NCBI RefSeq assembly: GCF_009834535.1
Contig: NC_045697.1
Coordinates: 53,012,001 to 53,076,000 of the forward strand
Direction of reading: 5' to 3'
DNA length: 64,000 bases
Source of the DNA: Camelus ferus
Lineage: Eukaryota
Shown here: positions 27,001-37,560 of the stretch, in pieces
Position numbering within the stretch: the stretch's first letter is position 1
How the letters are laid out: each line of letters starts with the position of its first letter
Program-made: the position numbers and the translations under genes
The notes under the pieces: model-generated
What the model saw: only the letters and a program-made list of their open reading frames with translations
The model's database searches: none
Told to the model about the DNA's origin: nothing

Positions 27001-30000
27001 GAAAGCATTATATTAAAAAAAAAAAAAAAGAAAACAGCATTGTGGTAGCAGTGAAAAGAATTTGAAATGCTAGTAATTAAAAAAATTTTTTTTTTACCAA
27101 TTCTTCTGAGCTTAGGATAGTACCCTAAAAGGAAAATAATAACACAGATTATTAGGCAACTTTTAATATATTTGAGGCAACATATATAAAACATAACTTT
27201 AAAACTTAAAATAATTTTAAAGATTATAAAAAAGATGTATACATTTTTAATTTTCAATAATAGTTTAAACTGCCTTTGTGACTTGTATCACAAAACTCAA
27301 GTCAGCACATGATATTGCACTGCTAACATTTATTATCTGAGTGATGGGAAGTCTTCTGCATTTAAAAAATTATATATATTTCTATTATTAAGTAATAGAT
27401 GCATATTAGAGGAAACTTGGACTTTGCAGAAAGCAATAAAGAAAAAAATATAATCCCATTATGCAGAATTTGATATATTTTCTCCAGATGCTTTTCAAAC
27501 ATTTCTTTTTAACATACTAGAAGTCATGTTGTTTATACAATTTGTCTTACTTTTTCTTTTAATACAACATGATAATCGTTTAGCCATATTACCAACAAAT
27601 TTTAATGAATATACTTCTGAATGGTCAGAAGTATATTTATTTGCTTTTATGTTGTACAGTTTACTTAATAATTTTCCTTTTGTTTAAATTTAATTTGCGC
27701 CTAATCTTCTCTACTATAAAAATTATTTTGATCAATATATTTGCACATAAACTTTAATAAAGTTAAATAAAATTTAATGTGAATTTTATATTTGATTCCG
27801 CTTTTAGAAGTAAAAGCTGCCATCTGATGCTCATATTTGATCTTGGCTCTTGGTGATTTTATCATTGATCTCAAGAGTTACCTTTCATAAAGGAAAATAG
27901 GGAGAGATGAAAATGTTTTATTATTTTCAGGGAAAAGGTATATAGTTAATAAGTAAACTTGAGATTAAAAATTCCCCAAATTATTAATTATTAGGTAAGT
28001 CCATTAATTTGTTTTAACACTGTGGTTTAAATGATTGTTTGCTTCATCTGTGACATTTACTACTAACTGTGTGATTGTAACTGAGTAACTATAAGATTGC
28101 CGGTACTCATCTTCAAATTGGAAATAAATATATTGTCTATAAAAGTTTGCTTTGAAGATTAGGTGAGGTAGTACATAATAAATAAAAAGGTGCTTAGCTC
28201 AGTACCTGGCACATAGTAAGTGCTCAGTAAGTGTTAGTTCTTGTTATTATCAGTGTCTATAAGGTGCAAAGTAGATAGGAAACTTGGTGACTATCTGGTG
28301 AATTGAGACAGGATTAAATATTTCATGCTAAGATGATTTAAAATAAAAATCTTATTACAAAATAATCTTACCTGGACTCCAAGGTGTGCTACTATAACTG
28401 GTAATATCTGAAAAAAAAAAAGTGAAAAATTTAGTAAAAGAGATATTAAAAGGTAAGTTCTGGCAGATGATATAAATATTGAGACTTTCTTAAAAGTATA
28501 CAATATGTGTTGAACAACTATTTGTATGAATGTGTCATCTATAATGATAGATGTAGACTCATAGAGCCAGATTGGAATTGGTACTCATTCATTTGAAAAA
28601 GAAAATTAGACTCAGAGAGATTTAGAAACCAGTCCAAGGCAGCACATTTAAAAGGTAGAAGTTAGTAAATTGGATGAACAAAAAATAATTTTGATCTCAG
28701 GCTATCTCCAAACTTAAAATTATTCCAAGTAGTCATGATGATAAAATGCATATTTCTTTTCTATGGCATCTCAGAAGACACATGAAAACATGGAATGGAT
28801 ATTTTAAAATACAAAGATTTCTTGAAGCATATGTATTTAGTCTCATAATGATTACCTGGATATTTTGCTATTAAAATCGAGCACTGCTCAGAAAGTGTGG
28901 ACCCCAATCCTAGTAGAGCTCTTAGAGCTAAGTGAGAAATACTGGTCACTGACAACTTTGTAAATGCTATGAATTTATAGTTGAAAAGACTTGGGTGAGA
29001 TGCTGGTGTGCTCTAGCAATCTAAGAACTAAAGTTACGGTTTGTCAAATAAAAACTAGGGTTCCAAGGTTTATTTTTATTTCTATAGAAATTCACATAAT
29101 GTCACAGAAGTTACCAAAATGGAAAATAAATTTATGGTTACTAGGGGGAAGGATGTGGGAAGGGATAAATTGGGAGTTCGAGATTTGCAGGTACTGACTG
29201 GTATAAATAAAATAGACAAACAAGTTTATACTGTATAGCACAGGGAACTATATTTGATACCTTGTAGTAGCTTACAGTAAAAAAGAATATATATGTATAT
29301 ATGTATATTCATGTATGACTGTACACCAGATATTGACACAACATTGTAAACTGACTATACTTCAATTAAAGAAAAAGTAAAAAAAAAAACCCCAAAACTA
29401 AACCAAAATGGGACTTTTAATACTAAAGTCTTACAAGAAGACTCAACTTTATTATTTCTCAAGGCAATTTGTACAATAATACTCATAATGCCAAAAGGTA
29501 AAAAGTACACACATTGAAGAAAAAGCTTTCTTCTCAGCCAGATGCTTCGCTAATGACAAAAAGCAACGTATCTTCAAGATGGCAATGGAAAAGGAGATTG
29601 AAGAGAAGGGACACAGGATTTGGGAGAAAACAAAATTGAAATTTCTTCTTTTAAAGCAAATTGGAAGGAACAAAAAGATACAAAGAGAAAACCACAGATG
29701 TCTAAATAAAAACTGTAATGAAAATAATTTAATAATGTAACACCAATGCAGCGCTAAGAAGAAAAATTATTAGTTTTTGGTAGAGAAATTGCTTGAAATA
29801 ATAATAGCTAACACTTACTGAGTGATTTCCACGTGACAGGCACTGTTCTAAGATTTTATATAAATTTGCTCATTTAATCCTTCTAATAGCTATAGCGGTA
29901 GATTTTAATTAATTCCTACTTTACATTATGAGGAGAGTGAGCCACAGAAGTTTAAGTAACTTGGCCACCCTGGAGAGCTGGGATTTGACTAGAAGTTTTG

Positions 30001-33000
30001 TGGTTCTAGAGTTCACTCTTAATCATATTGGCCTTGCTTAGGTAAATGAGAGATGTGGACAGGTGCCCAAGTTTCTGGCAGAGGACGTAAACTACTCTGC
30101 ATAGGGAGAGGCAGAGTCGGAGGGTCTGAGGCCGCACAGCATAAGGCAGGCATGGGGACCCTTGGTTGTGGCAAAGCCTAGAGACATTGAAGAATCCCAC
30201 CAAGAAAGGGGATTGATTTATATTACTGCATGTTGGGGAGCATGCCATGTCAACCCATCTCTACTGAATCTTCAGTAACATCTACAGTGCCCACTAATGC
30301 CTTTGACTCCAGCGGATATATTCTTTGGTGAAAATGAAGATGTACTAAGTCTGACTTTGAGGTTAGAGCAGGGCAACAACTGAAACTGAAGGTGGGTAGT
30401 TGGCAGATGGATTATACCAGGGTCACATATTAAAGAGATTCTCATTTTATTTGCTTCTCTCTCTATTCTTTTCAGAGGATCACTTTTATTATTAAGATGT
30501 AAATAAACAGAAATACTTTGAGTGAAAGCTTTAATATGTCTGTAAAAAAAAAAGTACTGACTGATAGACAAGTATACACCTCAATATTAAAAATATGTAA
30601 AAATAAGTTATAGAGTTTTACAAATACGAGAAAATGAAGCAGTATAGTATTTCTTGTGTTGTTATTTTGGACAAAGGTACAGAAAAAGTAGTTGCATGTG
30701 ATGTAAAATTTAAACTGAGAAGCTTAAAATATTTTGGCAATTAAACTCAGTTTTGATTATAGTTACTAATCAAACTTGCTATTATTAAAACCTGGAGGTG
30801 TCCATAGTGATAGGAAGATGGTTAGGGTATATTCATGCTTGATAATTTGGGAAATGTGTATTGAAAGTCATACATTTTTGTATGTCTTTGGATCCATAAA
30901 TTCTATTCCTAAGAATTGGTCTTAAGGAAATAATCACCAATATGGTCAAAGACTTAGTCAAAGGATGTTCACTGTAGTATTGTTTATAGAAACAAAAATT
31001 TTGAAAAAAACCCCCAATTTTTTACATTATGATAGAATATAAGCAGTCATTAAAAACAATGTTGTAAGTATTCACAATATTATAAGTGAATATTCAAAAT
31101 ATAGGAAAGGATATTCAAAATGTGTTATGTGAAAAATGAGATTATAGAACATTAGATATAGTAAAAACATATTTTTTTTAACAAACTGTACTCACATTCA
31201 TAGAACAAAGACTGGAAGTACATGCCTTAGAATGCTGACTGTTTTATTCTGGCTGATAGGTTTATGGGTGAATTGTCTTTTTTCTTATCTGTATTTTCTC
31301 TCTAATTAACATATACTATGTATGTAATAATCAAGAAAGCCTCTACGAAAAATTAGACCATTATGTGGGAATGATAAGGGCTGAGGTAATGTGTTACGAA
31401 GAACAAGTTAGCTATAACCCATTTGGCCATAAAGGGACCGTTGTATTTTCGCTTGAAATACTTCTGAAAGCGGTGATGTGCTTAGCATGTCATTTATATC
31501 TGTGTGAGAGGGGTTTCAGGGTTTCTCCTGAAAGCAAATCGTGGTGGGAGGAGAGAAGAAACTAGAGAATTCTTGAGGACTTGAGAGGAGGCATGAAAAA
31601 AGGGACCCAAAAGAAGGAGATTAGATTTGCTGAAAACGAACTTTATCTGTCTCTTATTTTCCCTTTGGAATGATTTTGGTCCCTCAGAAAAGTCTTCAGA
31701 AGCAAACAGAGCAAGCCGGAGAAGAATCCTGATCCCTCTCAATCCCCCTGCAACCTTTACTTCTCAGTCTCCCCCAGCTCTGCACATTTCCTGTTACCTA
31801 TTACAGATGTGTTCTAGAGGCGTCATGGGGCAGCATGCTCAGCCTTCTGGGTGTGTTTTCATAAGGTTTCAGCAAGAACCACACTACCCCAAACTGCTGT
31901 GTGTTTAGTGGGGCTTCTCTCTGCAAATTACCTCGGTAAAACTTTCAAGAACCTTGAAAAAATTCTTTTCTTCTCTTTTGGTTTCCGCCCGATTGAAAAT
32001 GCTCCCCAGTGTTAAGCTGAAGCCTGGCCGCTGAACTTACCTGTGGTTGTAGTTGCTGTTTCATGTTCAGTCCCCCCAGGGTCAGTGGGAGGGTCTGGGA
32101 ACCAGGTGCCACCCCAGGATTTAGCTGTAGGGCAGTGAAGAAGATTTTCATTGTGTTGTTTCAGTTTGCACATTCAGGAAACTAAGCTGTATTTAAATGT
32201 AAAATATATTTAAAGGGAGGATTTGCTATGCAAATCTATACTATTGTATTTGGAATTAGATTTAGAAATGAAATTCAAAGACTTGTTGAGTGTATTAGTA
32301 CAATTATGAAGCCCAGGACTAAGTTTTCTCATATTAAGTTTTTTTTTTTTTGGCATTTAACCCATTCTCCTATGTATTACTTAGGTGATTTTATCCTTGC
32401 TTTCTCCTTTTTGGCTATAACAGAAATTTCATTTCTGGAATTTTTCTGATAGCTTTCTTATGAAGAAATGAGTTCCTTCATAGGTATCTCTATGAAAATT
32501 GTGATGATCAGAGTAAGATATCTAGTCTGGATATCATCTAATACTGTATTTAAATCTGACCCCTGGAAAAAAACCCACTTTAAGCAGAAAAGAAACTTAC
32601 TAATTATTTTATCACCCAAACAGATTAAACTATAGGATATTCTATGAAAAGTATGTGCATATTTCTACCCTTTCTTGTTTGCTCCTGTCGCTGGGGTGAT
32701 GATAGAGGTCATAGTCCTTGTGTGGGTGTGTGGATGTTGTAGGGGCAGAGAGGAAGATATCACAGGAATGGGGAGGGGAGCTCGGAGAAGAGGTGAGAAG
32801 AACTAAAGAAGTAAAGACCTGAGAATTAGATTAATTCCTTTAGAGCTTCTCGTGCTAAGAAAACTCTTTTATGATGTATCAAATAGCATCCAAGTCTCTT
32901 TTGACTTTTCTCTGTCATCTTTCAGCTTATCTGCAATGAATATGTGTATATGTGTACATCTGTGGATACACAGACACATACATTCAACATTGGATATTAT

Positions 33001-36000
33001 ATTTATTTAACTATGGATATTAAAATGATGTAAAAGAGTACTTACCAGTTGCAGATCTGACCCCAGTGTGAGCATCTGTGTCAATGGTATTAGACTTAAA
33101 GAAGGGAAGACCTGCAGGGCATTGAAATTGTTGTATGAGACAGAAGGTTGATTTTACTGTGCTGTTAGTGGTGGAGATCCTCAAGTAACCTGTACCCTTA
33201 ATATGAGGGTAAGTGAAGATGAAGCTTCAGGGACTTTCACTAGCATTGCTCCCTTCCGTGGCCCTCAGAGAAAACCTCACAATGCCCTAGTTGAAGGTAT
33301 TTATCAGCTTAAAAATGTGTAATTTACTCTTATTTTTTGCCTCGTTATTAATTATTCACTTTAGCAATAAATTTTACATATCTAATTTTGTATTCTTTTT
33401 CAGAGAAGGTCCCCAGATTGTATAAGCCTGAGTTTCTTAAGGAGGGGGGTCAGCTCCTGACTTGAGTGTTGCATAATGTCCAGAGACCAAAAAGAGAACT
33501 TTAAACTTTGGTGTTACTGCACTAGTTCACGAAGTCTAGTTGTAGGTAAGGAGGGGTCCTTTTGAGCAAAGGAAGGGTTGGAGTGGGAAGATGAGGGGTA
33601 GCCAAGAGATAATGCACTTTTCAAAAGTATTTAGATACGCTTCAGAGACAGATTTTACAGTAACTCATAAGCTCATCAGCTACAATGGAATTTAAGAAAA
33701 CCATGAGGAAATGGGCAATCATTTTTATAGACTGCCTCTTAATCCCTGCTAGTTCTGGCAAATACCATATATGATTATGTCACAAGGGAACAGATGAGCA
33801 AAGTTTCTCAATAGGTGTAGCTATTGCTTTTCAGAGTTTACTAGATTTCATTGCTAAACCAAATTACTATTTATACAAAAGGAAAAAGAATGAGGATTTC
33901 TTTTCCTGCTCAAAGTTTTCATAACAGTGTATTTCTTGTTTTTCCCCCCACAAGTAAAACTTTTCTTTCTGTTGCTCAGTCATGAGATTTTGGGTGAATC
34001 TTAATTTTAAATCCACTAGCCTTAACATCTGCAGATGTTCCCTATTGTAGAACTCTTACCGGATTTGGCTGCTGTTGGTTTAGTGGTGTTGCCTGATCTG
34101 GAACCAGCTTTGCTGGAGGAAGTCCCAGAGTGGGGTTGAGCTGCATCTGTGATAACAGATATTTGAAGAGGCAGGAATGTGTTTGAGATTTTGTATCCAT
34201 TTATTTCTGGGAGTTAACAAGTTGACCCAAATGCAGAAATGTCTGTCTTTAGCCTCTGTGTGTTTTGGAGCAGTCTTGACTCCCTAGAACATTTTGGGCA
34301 TGACAGGAGATGGAATTGCTTAGTGGAAAAGTGCCAGACCACGAGAGGGTGCTATGAGAAGGGACAGAGGGTGAGGTAGGGCACATGGATTTCTGGTGGT
34401 AGTTCCTAGGCTCCCACTTCTTTTCTGAAATTCCCTTCTTCCTTTTCCGGGACATGAAATACATAATTCACACCTTGGCTCTGTACACATTTGCTTTTTC
34501 CCAATGCTTGAAGATAAGCTGCCATGATTTCTACTGTATTTTCATTAAGCTTCCTGCATTTGCCTCATGCCCGACAAGTTAGTTCCTGTAATGGAAATTC
34601 AGTCCTCTTCCTAGTCAGGATAGATTCATAGTGTATTAAGAATAACTGAATTTTAGGGGTAAAAATCTCCTTGAATTCATATGCTCTAGTTGTATGGTTT
34701 TGTTTTGTAAGTGAGGAACCTGAGACCCAGACAAGCAACGTGATCTGTCCAAGGTGGTATGTTGAGTGGCAGAGTTTGTACTAGGATCCCTACAAGTGCT
34801 CTTAGTCTTTGAAGAAATGAATTCTTCTCTTTGCTTCTCTTAGCACTCCATCTGCATTCAGGTGGACGCTCCCTGGCTGGGTTGACCCAGTGGCCATTGC
34901 TTCCAGCTGTAGCAACAAGGGCAGTGTTGTGTGCACCCCTACCCCCCGCTCCCCCAGTGCTGCATCGATCCTTGGATCACTTGGATATATCTTGGAGCTG
35001 CCACTAACTCATCGTTTCACTTTGGTCTTTTCCCTCAGTTGTAAGAGGTAGGATTGACTCTATCTGTCCTTAGAGGTCCCTTTAAGCTTTAAGGTTATAT
35101 AAATATAAATTCTGCAAATGTCTTTTCATCCCCTGCAATGCATTGTCAGCATGGCAGTCAGAAGGATCCTTTGAAAACAACAGTTTGGTCATTTCATTTC
35201 TCTACTCAATCCCTGCCTTGACTTCCATTTTCACTCAGAGTGAAAACCAGAGACCCTATGATGGCCTAAAAAGGCTCTCAGGTCCTGGGCCCCCAGAGCC
35301 TCTCTGACCTCCCATCCCACCTCATTTCCTCTCATTCACTCTACTACTGCCATTCAGGCAACTTGCAGTCTCTGGAACAGGTAAGGCCTACTCCTGCCTC
35401 AGATCCTCACCTCCACCTGTTACCTTTGTCTGGAATACATCTTTCCCTAGACATTGGCTCAGTCCTTCAACTGCTTCAAGTCATTGGTTGAGTTCATCTT
35501 CTTTTTGAGGTCTATTCTGACTACCCCTCCAAATATGCAAACTGTACCATCTCCAGTGTGCACCCTATTTCCAAACTTTTGATCTACTGGAAACAATCAT
35601 TAGGCTACTTTAAGTGTTCACATTTGCAAGTCAGTACATTTTTTAATGCCTTTGTGATAATTCAATACATTCATTTACAAATAATTAAGAAAAACCCTTG
35701 TCCATGTGTCTTGAGTTTTCATTTGATGAATATTACTAGTATATCTAATAGACATTTAAAATTGCTTCTCACATTCCCGGTACCACTGTCTCTAGCTGCT
35801 CTCACGTTCCTGGCTATTAACAGTCTGCGTTAACCTGCACATTACTCCTCAGTCCACCTTGAATGATAGCTGTGCTCCTGGAAAGCTTCATTTTTCCTGA
35901 GTTTTTACAAATTGTGTGGTAATTTAAATTGACCAGAGGCACTTTATTTAGAAGACCCTTTTGGTAAATTTTTTGGTGAAGTGCAAAACCCATGTTTTAC

Positions 36001-37143
36001 AAAAAAATTAACTTCCTAATATACCTTGTTTAGAAACTAAGTTTTTGCAGGCAATTTCTTTAAAGAAGGATAATTGTATATTTGGAATGAAGTAAGAAGG
36101 AGGTTGGATAGTCGTGTCTTGTTCCATTCCCTCCCTACAAGATCACCCTGTTCATTTCCTTCATAGAACTAATCACAGTTATAATGTATAATTTAACATT
36201 AAAAATATTTATTAGTATCTACAGTCCTTGTAAACACCATGAAGGATCATGTCTTTGTTTTTTCTCACCACTGTATCAGCAACTGGCACAGTATCTTGTA
36301 TATAGAGTTTTCAATGAATATTTGCTGATTATATGAATGAGTATGGAAGTGTCAGGTGAGCTTGAGGCTGAAGAATGGTTTCTTTTTGGTCTGCTACTTT
36401 TTGGTAAATATCTTCTAACTTTTTTCTCATTGTCCACACTCAAGCATCTCAAGCAAACAGAATGCACTTAAAGGTCCAAATCACGTATTTCTATGTCTAT
36501 AAAATATTGGAGAACATTTGGAGTATGTGTTCTAATTCTAGTGTCCTTTCTTTGATATAACATATGTTGTATGTGATCATATTTTGTGATGAAATGTTCG
36601 AAGTCAAAAATATTGACCACTTTAACATTCTTTTGCTATTGCATGATTCAGTAGGCTTTTTTAGAGTTTATACAATCTAGATGTTTTGTGCTTCCAATTA
36701 GACAAATCAGAAAATATAGTTTACCTCTTTAATCATGAGAAAATAATTAGTTGGCAAGAAAATCTCAAATTCTTTTCGGAAAGTGGAATAATTATCCACT
36801 TTGAGTACACATAATCTAAAGCATCCCCTTTCTCCTAATTTCTACCCTACTGCTCTGCCAAAATGAAACTCTACCACGATAGAGGGGATGCATTTTAAAA
36901 GTATAAGTACATTGAAATGTGCACTAATACTTTGTTAGTTTATCATCTTTCAACTTGGAAAAAAACAGGAAACTTAGGGAATGGGTCACAGACAGGGCAG
37001 TTTTGGCAGCAGGCAAGAAGAGAGAGAAGTTTACAATTAGAGATGCAGCTAAGGCTGGTTGGTCCATAATATAAACATATTGCACTTACTGGTAATGACA
37101 GAGTTGATCCTAGGAGACAAAACAGTAGAATCGTAGTCTTCAT
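23996..37143 (-). CDS. AMTN: Amelotin, complete spliced CDS: join(complement 37090-37143, 34060-34146, 33046-33111, 32041-32124, 28372-28407, 27098-27124, 24685-24949, 23996-24006); 209 aa
   Basis: Manual exon assembly gives 54+87+66+84+36+27+265+11=630 nt with no stop or frameshift and all introns GT-AG. The protein has a signal peptide MKTTILLFCLLGSTLSLP, the amelotin motifs VFPSLSLIPLTQML and GTILSSEEL, and C-terminal NGIQ*. It lies next to MUC7, matching known SCPP cluster synteny. Confidence 0.97.
24685..24949 (-). CDS. AMTN: AMTN exon 8, PAAPQIFTGL...GTDDDFVVTTPAG...ETTTPSPN(G)
   Basis: ttccag acceptor, AATG|GTAAAT phase-1 donor, 265 nt; contained in ORF 24608..25141. Confidence 0.96.
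26140..26350 (+). mobile_element. MIR fragment (AMTN intron 7)
   Basis: tgaccttgg...gagccacagtttctatttctgtaaa...ttgttgaggattaga. Confidence 0.6.
27098..27124 (-). CDS. AMTN: AMTN exon 7, GTILSSEEL (Ser-x-Glu phosphorylation motif)
   Basis: ttttag acceptor, TTG|GTAAAA donor, 27 nt; SSEEL is the hallmark SCPP motif. Confidence 0.93.
28020..28250 (+). mobile_element. MIR fragment (AMTN intron 6)
   Basis: gtgcttagctcagtacctggcacatagtaagtgctcagtaagtgttag, MIR 3' end. Confidence 0.7.
28372..28407 (-). CDS. AMTN: AMTN exon 6, ILPVIVAHLGVQ
   Basis: Poly-T-cag acceptor, CAG|GTAAGA donor, 36 nt. Confidence 0.93.
29123..29401 (+). mobile_element. L1 3' end insertion (AMTN intron 5)
   Basis: Artiodactyl-type L1 3'UTR with A-rich tail; TSD accaaaatgg at 29113-29122 / 29402-29411. 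Confidence 0.88.
29800..30000 (-). mobile_element. MIR fragment
   Basis: aataatagctaacacttactgagtg...ctcatttaatcct...tttaagtaacttggcc. Confidence 0.7.
30760..31320 (+). mobile_element. Old L1 (L1ME-like) remnant
   Basis: aattctattcctaagaatt...aaggatgttcactgtagtattgtttata, decayed ORF2 C-terminus/3'UTR. Confidence 0.6.
32041..32124 (-). CDS. AMTN: AMTN exon 5, LNPGVAPGSQTLPLTLGGLNMKQQLQPQ
   Basis: ctacag acceptor, CAG|GTAAGT donor, 84 nt; contained in ORF 31945..32151. Confidence 0.95.
33046..33111 (-). CDS. AMTN: AMTN exon 4, VFPSLSLIPLTQMLTLGSDLQL
   Basis: ctgcag acceptor, CTG|GTAAGT donor, 66 nt. Confidence 0.96.
34060..34146 (-). CDS. AMTN: AMTN exon 3, MQLNPTLGLPPAKLVPDQATPLNQQQPNP
   Basis: cacag acceptor, CCG|GTAAGA donor, 87 nt, P/Q-rich amelotin sequence. 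Confidence 0.93.
35120..35560 (+). mobile_element. L2 fragment
   Basis: Pyrimidine-rich L2 3' motifs; a continuation ends ...caatgaatatttgctga at ~36330. Confidence 0.6.
37090..37143 (-). CDS. AMTN: AMTN exon 2 coding part, signal peptide MKTTILLFCLLGSTLSLP (exon starts at 37157)
   Basis: tttcag|GTAGCAATTTGAACATG acceptor; CCA|GTAAGT donor; phase 0, typical SCPP signal exon. Confidence 0.97.
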
Positions 37144-37261
37144 GTTCAAATTGCTACCTGAAACAAAAAGACTGTTATTCTTTTGCTCTGTTTTTTCCTT
37201 TTGAAGACAAAGTAGAACTTGAAAAAACAGAATATTGTTTGAAACATGGTCAGTTAATTAC

Positions 37262-37345
37262 CTTTCTCTTCACTAGGCAAAATATACCGGTTAAACAATA
37301 TTCAAAGTCCAGTTGATTTCTGTAGTTTCTGTGGTGAAAAACTTT
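37262..37345 (-). other. AMTN: AMTN non-coding exon 1 (5' end approximate)
   Basis: Ends in AAAG|GTAATT donor (GT at 37261-37260), ~100-bp intron to exon 2. Resembles the AMTN 5'UTR as I recall it; TSS inferred. Confidence 0.65.
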
Positions 37346-37374
37346 ACTCTTTGATGAACTGTGAGTTTGTAAGA

Positions 37375-37560
37375 GGAATTTAAACTTGACTCCAGGAGGC
37401 TGGCAACTGAGAGACCAATCAGGACTTCGGTGTCTGAAATCATTTGGTTTCTTTCATTTCCCAACACTTCATTAGGTGAGTTATTAGCTACAGACATTGT
37501 ATTACCCAATGTCTATCATTTGAATAGAGGGTATTTCAAGAAGACATGTCTTGTGTAATT
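37375..37560 (-). promoter_or_regulatory. AMTN proximal promoter candidate
   Basis: TTTAAA TATA-like element ~37379-37384; inverted CCAAT box (GACCAATCAG, 37413-37422); C/EBP-like ATTACCCAAT (37501) and TTGTGTAAT (37551); palindromic p53/p63 half-site AGACATGTCT (37542-37551). Motif matches only. Confidence 0.5.
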
